58,863 nt of DNA, filler included, from 4 parts of 4 records of this genome joined end to end with filler, not necessarily neighbours in it; one strand, 5' to 3'. Shown: positions 11,449-23,125, counted from the first letter of the whole stretch. The notes: generated by a model not told the origin, from the letters alone. Made by a program: numbers and translations.

Positions 11449-13053
11449 TTACTCCGCAATGTCCACGCCGTCAAACCAGTGGCCGCCGAGCGGGTCCATG
11501 ACGTAGCCGGAGACCTTGGAGGACATCGGCATGAAGACCACGGAGTGCGCGATGGTTGCCCACGGAGCCTGCTCCTTGAACACGACCTGTGCCTCTTCGT
11601 AGAGCTTGGTGCGCTCTTCCTTGCTGGTCACGGTCTTTGCCTTCTTGATCAGCGCGTCGAACTCTTCGTTGCACCACTGGGCGCGGTTGGAGCCGCCGAC
11701 ACCGTCACAGCCGAGCAGAACGGCCAGGAAGTTGTCCGGGTCGCCGTTGTCACCGGTCCAGCCGAGAAGCACGGCACCGTCGCGGTTCTCGTCCTTGGAA
11801 CGGGACAGGTATTCACCCCATTCGTAGGAAACGATCTCGACGTTCACGCCGACGTTCGCGAAATCGGCCTGCATGACTTCAGCCATACGACGAGCGTTGG
11901 GGTTGTACGGACGCTGTACCGGCATTGCCCAGATCTTCATGGAAAGATCGGATACACCAGCTGCTGCCAGCATTTCCTTGGCCAGTTCCGGATTGTAGTC
12001 GTCGTCTTCAACGGCGTCGTTGTAGGACCACATGGTCGGCGGGATCGGGTTCTTGGCAGCCTGGCCGGAGCCTTGGAAAACTGCGTCGAGGATCGCCTGC
12101 TTGTTGATCGCGTGGTTCAGCGCCTTGCGGACTTCCGGCTTGTCGAACGGTGCCTGCTTGGTGTTGTAAGCGAGGTAACCGACGTTCAGGCCCTGCTGTT
12201 CCATCAGGGTCAGGTTGCCGTCAGCCTTGATGTCGGCGATGTCGGCCGGTGCCGGGTACGGCATGACGTGACATTCACCGGCCTTCAGCTTCTGAAGACG
12301 CACGGCTGCATCCGGAGTGATCGCGAAGATCAGGTTGTCGACCGGCTGCTTGCCACCCCAGTAGTCCGGGTTTGCCGCATAACGGATCACGGCGTCCTTC
12401 TGGTAACCCACGAAGGAGAACGGACCGGTGCCGACCGGCTGCTGGTTCAGCTGTTCCTTGGAACCGGCTGCTTCAAGCTGGGCTGCGTATTCGGCGGACA
12501 CGACGGAAGCGAAGTCCATCGCCAGGTTGGCGATCATCGGTGCTTCCGGACGGTTCAGGACGAACTTGACCGTGTAGTCGTCAACCCTGACGATTTCCTT
12601 GATCAGGTCCGGCATGGACATGCCGTCGAAATATTCCCACGCGGTACCGGCGGTGTATTCGTGCCACGGATGATCCTTCTTCAGCTGACGCTCGAAGGTG
12701 AAGATCACGTCGTCTGCATTGAATTCACGGGTCGGCGTGAAGAAGCTGGTGGTGTGGAACTTCACACCCTGACGCAGCTTGAAGGTGTATTCCAGACCGT
12801 CTTCGGAAACTTCCCAGCTTTCAGCCAGGCCCGGCAGCACTTCGGTCGTGCCGCGCTTGAACTCGACAAGCCGGTTGTAGATCGGCTTGGAGGAAGCGTC
12901 GAACGTCGTGCCTGCGGTGTAAAGTGCAGCATCAAAGCCTTCAGGCGAACCTTCAGAGCAATAAACCAGGTTTTTTGCAGAAGCGCCGGTTGCTGCAATC
13001 ACAGCAAGGCTTACGCCAAGAAGGGATGCCTTCAAGGTTTTTTGGAAATTCAT
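11449..13053 (-). CDS. dppA: Dipeptide ABC transporter periplasmic binding protein
   Basis: Signal peptide; LVYCSEGSPEGF, PVGTGPF, WAMPVQRPYNPNA, GWTGDNGDPDNF. Confidence 0.96.
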   Translation of the reverse strand: MNFQKTLKASLLGVSLAVIAATGASAKNLVYCSEGSPEGFDAALYTAGTTFDASSKPIYNRLVEFKRGTTEVLPGLAESWEVSEDGLEYTFKLRQGVKFHTTSFFTPTREFNADDVIFTFERQLKKDHPWHEYTAGTAWEYFDGMSMPDLIKEIVRVDDYTVKFVLNRPEAPMIANLAMDFASVVSAEYAAQLEAAGSKEQLNQQPVGTGPFSFVGYQKDAVIRYAANPDYWGGKQPVDNLIFAITPDAAVRLQKLKAGECHVMPYPAPADIADIKADGNLTLMEQQGLNVGYLAYNTKQAPFDKPEVRKALNHAINKQAILDAVFQGSGQAAKNPIPPTMWSYNDAVEDDDYNPELAKEMLAAAGVSDLSMKIWAMPVQRPYNPNARRMAEVMQADFANVGVNVEIVSYEWGEYLSRSKDENRDGAVLLGWTGDNGDPDNFLAVLLGCDGVGGSNRAQWCNEEFDALIKKAKTVTSKEERTKLYEEAQVVFKEQAPWATIAHSVVFMPMSSKVSGYVMDPLGGHWFDGVDIAE

Positions 13054-13314
13054 CAAACTGTTCTCCCCTTGATGAAGAGCAAGGGCCTTGCATCGTTGAA
13101 TCGCGCAAAGGAGTTAAGCCCAAGCCAGCGCAAACTAAGGCGTTTTTTTGGCAGAAAATCAACTGCCAACATATTTCTAATTTGAGGATGTTTTTGAAAT
13201 TTTTTTGCTAGGTAAGAGTTGCTGCCGTAAATTTTTAATGCGGCAACGTTAACTCACGAGAAACAAATACCGCAACGGCAGCGTTTTTCAAGCTTCATCT
13301 AACCGCCTGAAAAC

Positions 13315-13340
13315 AAAAGGCTCCCGCAACAACGGGAGCC
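13315..13340 (-). terminator. Terminator downstream of glpK
   Basis: AAAA-GGCTCCCG-CAACAA-CGGGAGCC. Confidence 0.7.
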
Positions 13341-13350
13341 CCTGAATTTC

Positions 13351-14844
13351 TCAATCCTGCGTAGAACGGGTTCGTTTGACAGCGTCCTGCCATCCGGCAA
13401 GCAATCTGGCCCGCTCACTTTCCTGTAAACGCGGCTCGAAACGCTTTTCCAGCTTCCATTCTGCCGAAAATGCCTCGGCGCCAGGCCAGATACCTGCCTT
13501 CGATCCGGCGAGCCACGCAGCCCCGAGCGCCGTCGTTTCCGGGACAGTCGGCCGGTCGACCGGCGCGCCCAGAATGTCGGCCAGGAACTGCATCGTCCAG
13601 TCGGATGCCGTCATGCCGCCATCGACACGGAGCACCGGCTGTTCGGCCTCCGGCCAGTCTGCCCGCATGGCTTCAACCAGGTCGCTGGTCTGGTAACCGA
13701 CGCTTTGCAGGACCGCCCGGGCAATTTCCTTCGGACCCGTGTTTCGCGTCAGACCGAACAGCGCTCCCCGGGCTTCCGCGTCCCAATAGGGAGCGCCAAG
13801 ACCAACAAAGGCAGGAACAAGGTAGACGTCCTGGTTCGGGTCCGCCTGTTCGGCAAGTGACTGCGTGTCGCCGGCACTTTCGATGAGCCCCAGACCGTCG
13901 CGCAGCCACTGCACGGCAGCACCGGCAACGAAGATCGACCCTTCGAGCGCATATGTGGTTTCGCCGTTCAGCCTGTAGGCGATGGTCGTCAGCATGCGGT
14001 TGTTGGACCGGACCGGTTTGGACCCGGTGTTCATCAGTGCAAAGCAACCCGTGCCGTAGGTGGACTTGACCATTCCCGGCTTGAAGCATGCCTGCCCGAC
14101 CGTCGCGGCCTGCTGGTCGCCGGCAACACCAAGGATCGGTATTGCCCGGCCGAACAATTCCGTATCGGTGACGCCGAAATCATCCGCACTGTCCTTGACC
14201 TCGGGCAGCAGGTTCTGCGGGATGTTGAGGAGCTTGCACAGCTCTTCATCCCACTTGTTTTCGTGAATGTTGTAGATCAGCGTCCGGGAAGCGTTGGTGG
14301 CATCGGTAGCGTGTACCTTGCCGCCCGTGAGTTGCCAGATCAACCATGTGTCGACGGTGCCGAAGGCAAGCTCACCGCGTTCCGCACGCTCGCGCACACC
14401 GTCCACATTTTCGAGGATCCAGGCGATCTTGGTTCCGGAAAAATAGGGATCCAGCAACAGGCCCGTCTTGGCGGAAAAAACTCCTTCGCGGCCTTCCGAG
14501 CGCAATTTCGCGCAGAAATCGGCCGTACGCCGATCCTGCCAGACAATGGCGTTGTAGACCGGTTCGCCCGTTGAGCGGTCCCAGACAAGGGTGGTTTCTC
14601 GCTGGTTGGTGATCCCGATCGCGGCAACATCCGCGCCACCGGACGGTGCCTTTTCCAGCGCCTCCCGGCACACGCGCAGCGTACTCGTCCAGATATCGGC
14701 CGGCGAATGCTCCACCCAACCCGACTTCGGGAAGTGTTGCGGAAACTCCTGCTGCCCCACACTGATTGGATGGAAATCGTCGCCGAAGACAATTGCCCGG
14801 CTCGACGTCGTGCCCTGGTCTATTGCCAAAACACATCCGGCCAT
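13351..14844 (-). CDS. glpK: Glycerol kinase
   Basis: [40 protein letters not shown]. Confidence 0.98.
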   Translation of the reverse strand: MAGCVLAIDQGTTSSRAIVFGDDFHPISVGQQEFPQHFPKSGWVEHSPADIWTSTLRVCREALEKAPSGGADVAAIGITNQRETTLVWDRSTGEPVYNAIVWQDRRTADFCAKLRSEGREGVFSAKTGLLLDPYFSGTKIAWILENVDGVRERAERGELAFGTVDTWLIWQLTGGKVHATDATNASRTLIYNIHENKWDEELCKLLNIPQNLLPEVKDSADDFGVTDTELFGRAIPILGVAGDQQAATVGQACFKPGMVKSTYGTGCFALMNTGSKPVRSNNRMLTTIAYRLNGETTYALEGSIFVAGAAVQWLRDGLGLIESAGDTQSLAEQADPNQDVYLVPAFVGLGAPYWDAEARGALFGLTRNTGPKEIARAVLQSVGYQTSDLVEAMRADWPEAEQPVLRVDGGMTASDWTMQFLADILGAPVDRPTVPETTALGAAWLAGSKAGIWPGAEAFSAEWKLEKRFEPRLQESERARLLAGWQDAVKRTRSTQD

Positions 14845-14920
14845 GGCGCACCTCCCGTTTTCTTCTTGTCATGAAAACTGCCGGCAAGGCCGGCAGGTCA
14901 TTTGGTTCCGTTTGATAAAA

Positions 14921-16441
14921 CTATGCCGCAGCGCCGGCCTGCTCCGCAAGATAAGCCGACAGATAGGTGTCCAGCTCGGCAGCTTCCTCCCCGCTGAGCC
15001 GCAACCCCAGTTTCGTCCGTCGCCACAGGATGTCCTGCGCACTGCGAGCCCATTCGCGGCGGACCAGCCATTTCACTTCCGCTTCATGGAGATTGTAGCC
15101 AAAACAGCGGCCGAGATCGTCGAGCGTCTTTGCTTCCCCGAGTATGAAACGCGCATCCGTGCCGTAAAGACGGGTCAGACGAGTGGCGAAGACCTTGTCC
15201 AGGAACGGATAATCAGCCTTGAGGCGTGACACTTCCGCATCGAACTCGCTCACCTTGAAATCACCGCCCGGCAGCGGCGCATAGGCCGTCCAAACCCCGC
15301 GCTTGAAAGGCAGATACGGCTCCAACTTTTCCAGGACATGCTCGGCAAGCTTGCGATAGGTCGTGATCTTGCCGCCAAAGACGGACAGGATCGCCGGCTT
15401 TGCATCGCCCGCATCCAGCTCAAGCACATAGTCGCGCGTCGCCGCCTTGGCATCCTTTGCGCCGTCATCGTAGAGCGGGCGGACGCCGGAATAGGTATGA
15501 ACCACGTCTTCAGGCGTGATCGCATTTGCCAGATACTCGCTCGCCGCCTTGCACAGATACGCGATCTCGTCTTTCGAGATCTCGACCTTGCTCAGGTCAT
15601 CCTGGAAATCGACATCGGTCGTACCAATCAGCGTGAAGTCGTTTTCATAAGGAATGGCGAACACGATCCGGCCGTCGCCGTTCTGGAAGATGAAGCAACG
15701 GTCGTGTTCGAACTGGCGCTTGACGATGATGTGACTGCCCTTGACCAGCCGGACGCTGGAACTGTTGTTCGCCCCGGTAACGCCGCTCAGCATGTCCGCA
15801 ACCCAGGGCCCGGCGGCATTGACCAGCACATTGGCAGTGACGGTCTTTTCCTCGCCGCTTGCAAAGTCTTTCAGAACGACCTGCCAGACGTCGCCGTCGC
15901 GCCGCGCGCTGATGCATTTGGTGCGCGTCTGGATTTCGGCACCGCGATCAGCCGCATCGCGCGCATTCAGAACCACCAGCCGGGCATCGTCCACCCAGCA
16001 GTCCGAATATTCGAACCCCTTCTTGAAGAGCTTCTTGAGCCCTTGCGAGAACGGAGCCTGATCCAGGCGCACGGTCTTGGTGGCCGGCAGCAATTCCCGC
16101 CCGCCGAGATGGTCATACATGAAGAGGCCGAGCCGCAGGAGCCATGCCGGACGCAGGTCCTTGTGATGCGGCAGGATGAACCGCAGCGGCCAGGCAATAT
16201 GCGGCGCTGCGCGCCACAGCACTTCACGCTCTTTCAGCGCTTTGCGCACCAGACCGAACTCGTAATATTCCAGATACCGCAGCCCGCCGTGGATGAGCTT
16301 GGTCGAGGCCGACGATGTGGCACCGGCAAGGTCACCCATTTCGACCAGAAGAACCGAAGCCCCCCGGCCGACCGCGTCGCGGGCGATGCCCGTTCCGTTG
16401 ATGCCCCCACCAATGATCAAAAGATCGTAATCCGCAGCCAT
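14921..16441 (-). CDS. glpD: Aerobic glycerol-3-phosphate dehydrogenase
   Basis: YDLLIIGGGINGTGIARDA, TSSASTKLIHGGLRYLE, GGKITTYR; start set at MAADYD. Confidence 0.97.
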   Translation of the reverse strand: MAADYDLLIIGGGINGTGIARDAVGRGASVLLVEMGDLAGATSSASTKLIHGGLRYLEYYEFGLVRKALKEREVLWRAAPHIAWPLRFILPHHKDLRPAWLLRLGLFMYDHLGGRELLPATKTVRLDQAPFSQGLKKLFKKGFEYSDCWVDDARLVVLNARDAADRGAEIQTRTKCISARRDGDVWQVVLKDFASGEEKTVTANVLVNAAGPWVADMLSGVTGANNSSSVRLVKGSHIIVKRQFEHDRCFIFQNGDGRIVFAIPYENDFTLIGTTDVDFQDDLSKVEISKDEIAYLCKAASEYLANAITPEDVVHTYSGVRPLYDDGAKDAKAATRDYVLELDAGDAKPAILSVFGGKITTYRKLAEHVLEKLEPYLPFKRGVWTAYAPLPGGDFKVSEFDAEVSRLKADYPFLDKVFATRLTRLYGTDARFILGEAKTLDDLGRCFGYNLHEAEVKWLVRREWARSAQDILWRRTKLGLRLSGEEAAELDTYLSAYLAEQAGAAA

Positions 16442-16480
16442 AACTGTCCCCGGCCTGTGTTTTTGCGTCTCAGGATTGAA

Positions 16481-16508
16481 AATGAAAATAAAACGAAACT
16501 TCTCGAAA
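16481..16508 (-). promoter_or_regulatory. Probable GlpR binding site (tandem TTTCGTT-like repeats)
   Basis: Minus strand reads TTTCGAG-aag-TTTCGTT-ttat-TTTCATT, about 40 nt upstream of glpD; matches the direct-repeat GlpR signal as I recall it for alphaproteobacteria. Confidence 0.6.
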
Positions 16509-16612
16509 TTCAATCAACAATTTCGCACACCAAGACGAAACACCCCGGCAAGAAGCTCGCGCCTCCGCCGGGGTTAAATAGACCACTCAGAAACTACAAG
16601 ACGTTGATCTGT

Positions 16613-18916
16613 CTAGTTTTCTCCGTCTTCTGCCGGAGCATCGTCCTCCAACTGGGTCGAAGAAACGTCAACCTTCTTGCGCTGTTTCGGTTTGTTCCCG
16701 TCTTCCACAAAGGGCGGCGTAGCGGCGTGATAGGTCACTTGCGGGAACGGGATTTCGATATTCCGTTCGTCAAAGACCTGTTTGACGAATTCGTTATACG
16801 CACGCCCGACGCCCCACTGATCCCCCGGGACGGTCTTGATGCGACCGCGGATATCAATAGAACTGGCACCGAAATTGGTAACGCCGTGCATTTCGAAATC
16901 ACCGATGATCTTGGGACCGAAATCCGTTTCCTTCAGTCTGCGGAAGGCTTCCAGCATGGCGTCCTTGGCGTGGGTGATATTCGTGTCGTAGGCAACACCG
17001 ATCAGCGCGACATGATAGGAGAAGCCGCGCATGAAGTTGGACACCATGTCGACCGACGAGAACGGAATGATGTGGGTTGTTCCGTCGATGTCGCGCATGC
17101 GCACCGACCGGACGGTGATCCCTTCGACCGTTCCCGTTATCCCGGCAACAGTGACGACGTCGCCTTCGTTGATGGCATTCTCGACCTGGATGAAAGCTCC
17201 GGTGATGATGTCCTTGACCAGGGTCTGTGCACCGAAGGAAATCGCCAGGCCGACGACACCGGCACCGGCGATCAGCGGACCAATATCGACGCCGACTTCC
17301 GACAGCGACAAGAGCAGTGCCATCACCACGATGACGACCGTCGATGCATTGCGGAACAACTGGAACAGCGTGCGTTCGCGCGCCGTTACGATGTATCCGG
17401 AACGTGACTGCAGCCTGAGGTCCACCCACGACATGACGGCGAGCCAGATCATGAAAGCGACGAGCAGAACCAGGAAGGCAGAACCGTAGCTGCTCAGAAG
17501 CTGCACCCCGGCTTCGCTGACCAGCCATTCGGCAACCGTCAACAGACCCCAGATCTCCAGAAGCAGCAACACCGTCACCAGGAAGACGGCGAACCGGATG
17601 AACTTCAGAAGGCGCGGCACAAAGGCGTTCAGCCGGCTCTGAAGCGCCGGAAGGGTCCGGTTCAGGTCGTCCGGCAGGCGTATCCCGCCCTTGATGGCCT
17701 TGGTGACGACCAGAGAAATGGCCATGCCCGCCATGATGGTGAGGATCGACAGACCCGTTGCCCGCAGAATAATGGTTGTCGCGTCAAACGGCCGGGTCAC
17801 CCAGATGATGAAAACCGCCGCGATATAGCCGTAGGCAGCCAGGTGCCAGAGTTGGCCGACGAGCACGAGCGCGCGCTTGGCAAGAGCGCTCTGCAGATGC
17901 TCGGCGTAATCCCGCGCGCCCTCGTTTACCCGGTGCCTGTTCTGATGCACCAACACCAAAAGATAGATCATCCCGAGAAGCACGACGAGGAACCGCAAGG
18001 CGTTGCCGAGCACGAAGGATACCGCAACATTGGCGATCGGCACGGCCAGGAACAGGCCGAAGACCATCCAGTACATGAACAACCGCAAACGGCCGTACCA
18101 GTAGAGCGAACTTTCATCGGTGAACGGCAGCAACCGCAGTTCCGGCCGCCCCGGCGCAAATATGAAGCGCAGCGAAACGTTGGCCATGCCAAGGATGAAA
18201 AACGCGTTCAGCGCGAGACTTTCCTGAAGCGTTACGCCTGCATTTATTCCACCGAAGCTTGCCAGGGCCGCCGCGTTGCCGACGGCCCAACCGACACCTA
18301 CCGTCACTGCATCGACGACCGATGTCAGAACAAGAATGAAGCTGCGCGTCAGCCCGCCGCCGTAACGCGCATAAAGCGACATGCGCGGATAGAGCGCCTT
18401 CGCGATCAGCTGGCTGGCAAAAAAGCCGAGATAAGCTGCAAGAAGCACGATGCCGACCTGGATCGCGATATCCTCGACCCGGTCCCATTTCACCGGAATA
18501 TCGCCGCGCGCGACCAGAACCAGGCCGTTCAACGAGCGCATTGCCTGCTCCAGCAGATACCCCGCGTCATCTACCAGAACCCGTGTGTATTCACCGATCC
18601 GCAGGGCAAAGTTTTCCTGTTGCAGGGGTTGAGAGATACCCTCAACCGGAATTGCAGCTTCATTCCCGGGAACCTGCCTGTCACCTTCAGCAGGCTGGCT
18701 GTCCCCTGTGCTTTTCTGCAAGAGATCGATCAACGCCGCTCGGCTTTCAGGGTCGTTCAGAACCTTTATCAGGGCCTGGCTCGCCTGTTCGACATCGGCC
18801 GGTGGCGCCTGCTCCTGCGCCGGGGCCTGCCCCCCGCTTTCCTGAGCCAGAACCGGAGCCAACCCGGCAAGCATCATTGTCATCAGGGCAAAGAGGCAGC
18901 AGCGCAAAATCTTCAT
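16613..18916 (-). CDS. Large MscS-family mechanosensitive channel (YbiO-like)
   Basis: Signal peptide, many TMs, GPLIAGAGVVGLAISFGAQTLVKDIITG, IEIPFPQ. Confidence 0.93.
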   Translation of the reverse strand: MKILRCCLFALMTMMLAGLAPVLAQESGGQAPAQEQAPPADVEQASQALIKVLNDPESRAALIDLLQKSTGDSQPAEGDRQVPGNEAAIPVEGISQPLQQENFALRIGEYTRVLVDDAGYLLEQAMRSLNGLVLVARGDIPVKWDRVEDIAIQVGIVLLAAYLGFFASQLIAKALYPRMSLYARYGGGLTRSFILVLTSVVDAVTVGVGWAVGNAAALASFGGINAGVTLQESLALNAFFILGMANVSLRFIFAPGRPELRLLPFTDESSLYWYGRLRLFMYWMVFGLFLAVPIANVAVSFVLGNALRFLVVLLGMIYLLVLVHQNRHRVNEGARDYAEHLQSALAKRALVLVGQLWHLAAYGYIAAVFIIWVTRPFDATTIILRATGLSILTIMAGMAISLVVTKAIKGGIRLPDDLNRTLPALQSRLNAFVPRLLKFIRFAVFLVTVLLLLEIWGLLTVAEWLVSEAGVQLLSSYGSAFLVLLVAFMIWLAVMSWVDLRLQSRSGYIVTARERTLFQLFRNASTVVIVVMALLLSLSEVGVDIGPLIAGAGVVGLAISFGAQTLVKDIITGAFIQVENAINEGDVVTVAGITGTVEGITVRSVRMRDIDGTTHIIPFSSVDMVSNFMRGFSYHVALIGVAYDTNITHAKDAMLEAFRRLKETDFGPKIIGDFEMHGVTNFGASSIDIRGRIKTVPGDQWGVGRAYNEFVKQVFDERNIEIPFPQVTYHAATPPFVEDGNKPKQRKKVDVSSTQLEDDAPAEDGEN

Positions 18917-19214
18917 TTCAAACTCTTGTCAATTCCAGGAAGACCGGCGGGGGTCCGGCCATGGCACGGACAATATGGAGGAACGCTCGCGGATGAAAAG
19001 GGTTCAGGCTGCTGTCTTCGGACATTTTTTAGGTACTATTATAAAACGCAAGTTTCCCGTGCAGTAACGACCGCATCAAAACCAGCAGAAACAAGGATTC
19101 ACTGGAAATCGCAAAAAGATTTCACCTTTACGCAAGGTAATATGCCAGCCTCCATTTATCGGGTAACGTAATAATAACAATATGGGCGCCAATCTGGCCC
19201 GACGAGGAGGAAGG

Positions 19215-20330
19215 ATGCCCAGGTCCTTGATCAAGCTTGCACAGGAAGGCACAGACGAGGCGCGACGACGGCTGTTCGCGCAGGTGAGCGAACTTGTGAT
19301 TGCGAACCTCGATGAGCGGACCGACCGGGAGCTGGCAATCTTCTCCGAAGTAATCATAAAACTGTACAGTGTCGGCTCGCCCAGGGACCGCGCCAGGCTG
19401 GCGCACAAGCTCGCTTCGCAAGTCAACACGCCGCCGGAGCTTGCCCGCAAGATCGCCGAAGACGACGTCAACGTGGCCATGCCGCTGCTTGCCCAAAGCC
19501 CCGCGCTGACCCAGGAAGACCTGATCGACTTTGTCGAACGGCTGAGCAACAGCCACCTGCAGGTGATTGCCCGCCGCACCGACCTCTCGCCTGAAGTCTC
19601 AGATGCCATTGCCGAAAAAGGCGATCGCCCGGTGCACCGTATTCTGGCTGGCAACCGCGAGATAAAACTGTCCCGCGAAACCATGCTGAGTTTCGTCAAA
19701 TACGCCACGGAAGACGTGGTCCTGCGCGAGGACCTGTGCCTGCGCTCCGATCTTTCCCCTGCAGTGTGCCGGGCCTTGCTGCCGCTTGTGGACGATGAGA
19801 CCAAGAAGCGACTGCGCAGTATCATCGAAGGTTCCCTGTCGCAGGATCAACTGGACCAGATCGCAAGACTGAAGGTGCTGCGCCGGGAGTTCGGCGATGC
19901 CCTCAACAATCCGGACATGACCCTCCTGTGGCGGGAAGCGGAGCGTGCGGAAATCACCGTCAACGAGCTTATGATCCTGTTACTGCAGGATGGCCGCTTC
20001 AATCACGCGATCGAACTGCTCAGCGCGCGCGGCCGAACAGCCCAGAAGGCGCTCAAGGATGCGGTCTTCAACGGCAAGAAGGATCTGGTTCTCAGAACCG
20101 CGGAGAAAGCCGGCCTCGACACGCCGACCTTCGCCCTTTTCGCCAAGGTTCGCTGCGACCATTTGAAGATCCCGGCAACGCAGGGCTCCGAATGGACGGC
20201 CACCTACAAGAAGTTTCTCGACAGCACGGCACAGACCAAACAATCCCGATGCGGTGATTTCCAGGCGAACCGTCGCGAAAAGAAACCAAGACCCACGGGT
20301 GATCGTCCCGGACGTGTCGCGGCAATGTAA
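19215..20330 (+). CDS. DUF2336 domain protein
   Basis: LARKIAEDDVNVAMPLLAQSPALTQEDL...HLQVIARRTDLSPEVSDAI; strong RBS GAGGAGG. Confidence 0.85.
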   Translation: MPRSLIKLAQEGTDEARRRLFAQVSELVIANLDERTDRELAIFSEVIIKLYSVGSPRDRARLAHKLASQVNTPPELARKIAEDDVNVAMPLLAQSPALTQEDLIDFVERLSNSHLQVIARRTDLSPEVSDAIAEKGDRPVHRILAGNREIKLSRETMLSFVKYATEDVVLREDLCLRSDLSPAVCRALLPLVDDETKKRLRSIIEGSLSQDQLDQIARLKVLRREFGDALNNPDMTLLWREAERAEITVNELMILLLQDGRFNHAIELLSARGRTAQKALKDAVFNGKKDLVLRTAEKAGLDTPTFALFAKVRCDHLKIPATQGSEWTATYKKFLDSTAQTKQSRCGDFQANRREKKPRPTGDRPGRVAAM

Positions 20331-20416
20331 CGACAACGCCAGCGTTGCTTCGCGCCAACCGACTTATCGAAGCGCAACCTTGTCAGCGCTTTTTCCAGTC
20401 CGCGTTTTCCGAGAAT

Positions 20417-20851
20417 TCAGCTTTTGGAACAAAGCGTCGCGGCGATTGCCGTCGACAGGGTCGCGGCCGCGTAGAACCAGAGGCCCGGCAAAATGGCGGC
20501 TGCCGCCAGTCCGCTTGTCTTGGCGGCAAAAAGCACCAGCGCCACCAGCATGACATCCAGCATCGACCACTTGCTGACCATCGAGAGGAGCGCAAGCGAA
20601 CGCGTCTTGGCGCCACTAAGCACGGCCACATGGATCAGAAGGATCTTCAGCGCAGGAAACCCGATCGAAAACAGCGCCACGATCGCGGCAAGAACCGCAT
20701 CGCCCTCGTGATAGAGGCTGGTCACCATTTCGATCAGCGTCGGTCGGTCTTCCAGAAAATAGAGGCGCTCGAACCGCATGAGCGGCTGCGTCAGTCCGAG
20801 GGCGAACGAGAAAGTGGAAACGGGAAGCAGCAAAGCCAGAAAAAATCGCAT
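20417..20851 (-). CDS. Stand-alone paraquat-inducible protein A (PqiA) domain membrane protein
   Basis: FSIGFPALK and SKWSMLDVMLVAL signatures. Confidence 0.85.
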   Translation of the reverse strand: MRFFLALLLPVSTFSFALGLTQPLMRFERLYFLEDRPTLIEMVTSLYHEGDAVLAAIVALFSIGFPALKILLIHVAVLSGAKTRSLALLSMVSKWSMLDVMLVALVLFAAKTSGLAAAAILPGLWFYAAATLSTAIAATLCSKS

Positions 20852-21059
20852 TGAAACTGCCGTACCCTGGCTATCGCGTAAACTTGTAGCGGCACCTGCG
20901 CCCGGCAACACCGGGAGGAGCACCAATTCCTATATCACCCGGACCGGAAAGCACAAAACCTGACCGCCGCGAGCAACGATCAGGAATATAAGAACGTATA
21001 TCAAGCCCTGCCAGCCCCCATACGGAGACCGGCTGTTTCCAGGGGAGTTCAGTAAGCCG

Positions 21060-21467
21060 TTATCGGCCTCGAGCCCGCGCAGCAACTTCGTCGAGCTGAT
21101 CCTGCTCCGCCAGTTCCTGGGCTGTGCGCTCGCGCTGCTGGTCGCGTTCTTCCAGCTGCTCGAACTTCTTCAGCTCCTCGATCGCCTCGCTGAGCTCGTC
21201 CTGGGCACGTTGCAGCTGGTCGTCCAGTTCATGCGCGGAATTGCGCAGGTTGTCGCGACGGTCCGCTGCGGCCTTGGCAAACGTCGGATAGGCAAAATGC
21301 GTGACATCCGTAATACCGACCCGCTCCTGCTCCGACCGGATCTGGTCATCGAGTTCATCGGCCATACGGTTGAACTCGGCGATCATGCTCTCGATCTGAG
21401 CAAGCTGTCGTCGTTTCTCGTCAACCTGAAACCGCTTCAAACGGATCAAACTGTCTCGGGTTTTCAT
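21060..21467 (-). CDS. fliJ: Flagellar export protein FliJ
   Basis: MKTRDSLIRLKRFQVDEKRRQ coiled coil, directly downstream of fliI. Confidence 0.9.
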   Translation of the reverse strand: MKTRDSLIRLKRFQVDEKRRQLAQIESMIAEFNRMADELDDQIRSEQERVGITDVTHFAYPTFAKAAADRRDNLRNSAHELDDQLQRAQDELSEAIEELKKFEQLEERDQQRERTAQELAEQDQLDEVAARARGR

Positions 21468-21495
21468 TACTCAATACTCCCCTAACTCGGGCAGT

Positions 21496-22821
21496 CTACC
21501 CCTGAGTCATTTCCAAAAGGTTGGCAAGTTGCTCATACCCGTCAGAAAGTGATGTCGCTTCGTCTTTTCCCTGATTCAGGAATTCGTCGATCATGTCGAA
21601 CCTGTAGATGGCTTCGTCCACGGTCGGGTCGGATCCCTTCCGGTATGCGCCCAGCCGGATCAATTCTTCCATGTCCGTATAAGTCGACAGAAGCTGTCGG
21701 GCCCTGCGCAGAACCGGGAGCTGCTCCGGCGGCACACAGCGCGGCATGGTTCGCGACACGGATTTCAGCACATTGATTGCCGGATAACGGCCACGCTCGG
21801 CAATGCCGCGCTCCATCACCACGTGGCCATCGAGAATACCGCGCACCGCGTCGGCCACAGGCTCGTTGTGATTGTCACCTTCCACAAGAACAGTGAAAAG
21901 GCCGGTGATCGATCCGCTGTTCTCCTTGCCGGGGCCGGCCCGCTCCAGAAGTCGCGGTAATTCGGTGAAGACAGTCGGCGTATAGCCCTTGGAGGTCGGC
22001 GGCTCGCCGATCGACAAGCCGATTTCGCGCTGTGCCATGGCGAATCGCGTTACCGAGTCCATCATGCACAGCACGTTCTTGCCTTCATCGCGGAAATGTT
22101 CGGCAACAGTCATGGTCAGATAGGCGGCCTGCCGCCGCATCAGAACGCTTTCATCTGAGGTCGCGACCACGACCACGGAGCGCTCCAGTCCCGAATCGCC
22201 CAGATCGTCCTCGATGAACTCCTGAACCTCTCGACCGCGTTCGCCGATAAGGCCGATCACCGCGACATCACACTTTGTATTGCGCGCCAGCATGGACATC
22301 AGCACGGACTTGCCGACGCCGGAGCCGGCAAAAATGCCCATTCGCTGCCCCTCGCAACAGGTTACGAATGTATTAAGTGCCCGAACGCCGAGATCCAGGG
22401 GCGGTCCAACTCGTTTACGTTCGGAGGCCGGCGGAGGCGAACTTCGCAATTTGCGAGGCACTCCGCCATGAACAAGACTTCCTTTACCATCAATCGGTTC
22501 ACCAAGTGCGTTAATCACTCGGCCAAGCCAGGCATTTGCCGGATGAACCACGCTGTCACGCGATTGAATCACGGCTTTGCAACCCATTCGCACGCCTTCG
22601 AGCCCGGAAAAAGGCATGCAAAGTGCGTGTCCTTCACGAAAACCCACAACCTCTGCGGGCACTTTCGGGTTATCCTCACCGTTGTCGATCGACAATCTCG
22701 AGCCGACACTCATTTCGTGAATAGGGCCCGCAATCTCGACGAGAAGTCCCTGAACCGCAGTCACCCGGCCATAAATTTCGGTCGGCATGAGCGAATCAAT
22801 CTCGGCGAAAAGCGCCTTCAC
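21496..22821 (-). CDS. fliI: Flagellar protein export ATPase
   Basis: GTG start; [38 protein letters not shown]. Confidence 0.97.
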   Translation of the reverse strand: MKALFAEIDSLMPTEIYGRVTAVQGLLVEIAGPIHEMSVGSRLSIDNGEDNPKVPAEVVGFREGHALCMPFSGLEGVRMGCKAVIQSRDSVVHPANAWLGRVINALGEPIDGKGSLVHGGVPRKLRSSPPPASERKRVGPPLDLGVRALNTFVTCCEGQRMGIFAGSGVGKSVLMSMLARNTKCDVAVIGLIGERGREVQEFIEDDLGDSGLERSVVVVATSDESVLMRRQAAYLTMTVAEHFRDEGKNVLCMMDSVTRFAMAQREIGLSIGEPPTSKGYTPTVFTELPRLLERAGPGKENSGSITGLFTVLVEGDNHNEPVADAVRGILDGHVVMERGIAERGRYPAINVLKSVSRTMPRCVPPEQLPVLRRARQLLSTYTDMEELIRLGAYRKGSDPTVDEAIYRFDMIDEFLNQGKDEATSLSDGYEQLANLLEMTQG

Positions 22822-22829
22822 GTAAGATT

Positions 22830-23125
22830 CCTTCCCTCGTTAACGGTTTTGGTAACCGATCGTTTACGACTCTGGTTAATCTTAACCTTTGGAAGGCTGA
22901 CAAGCGAGAGCCATTTCGAAGTCAAAACGGCTTTGTTGAAAGGAATCTGAACGGAATCGGTTAGCGCCGGTTCTTAAAGTTCAACATTAAGATTTGTGAA
23001 TCCGAATTTTTTCTGGGGATTCAATAAGTTGAGTGTTGTTCACAGTTTCCTCTCTCCAGAGCTTGCCGTTACGAATCATATTTTGTTAACCATTAACCGA
23101 TAGCTTTGAGTCGGGGTTAACATCA
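22830..23125. promoter_or_regulatory. Divergent fliI/ctrA promoter region with multiple CtrA-like TTAAC half-sites
   Basis: GTTAAC near 22839, GGTTAA-TC-TTAACC at 22874-22887, GTTAACCATTAACC near 23085, GGTTAAC near 23115; no perfect TTAA-N7-TTAA found. Confidence 0.55.

Noticed and set aside
11479..13185. 568-aa plus-strand ORF opposite dppA
   Set aside because: Antisense shadow of a codon-biased high-GC gene; no motifs
15338..19171. 689-aa and 442-aa plus-strand ORFs opposite glpD and mscS
   Set aside because: Antisense shadows overlapping well-supported genes
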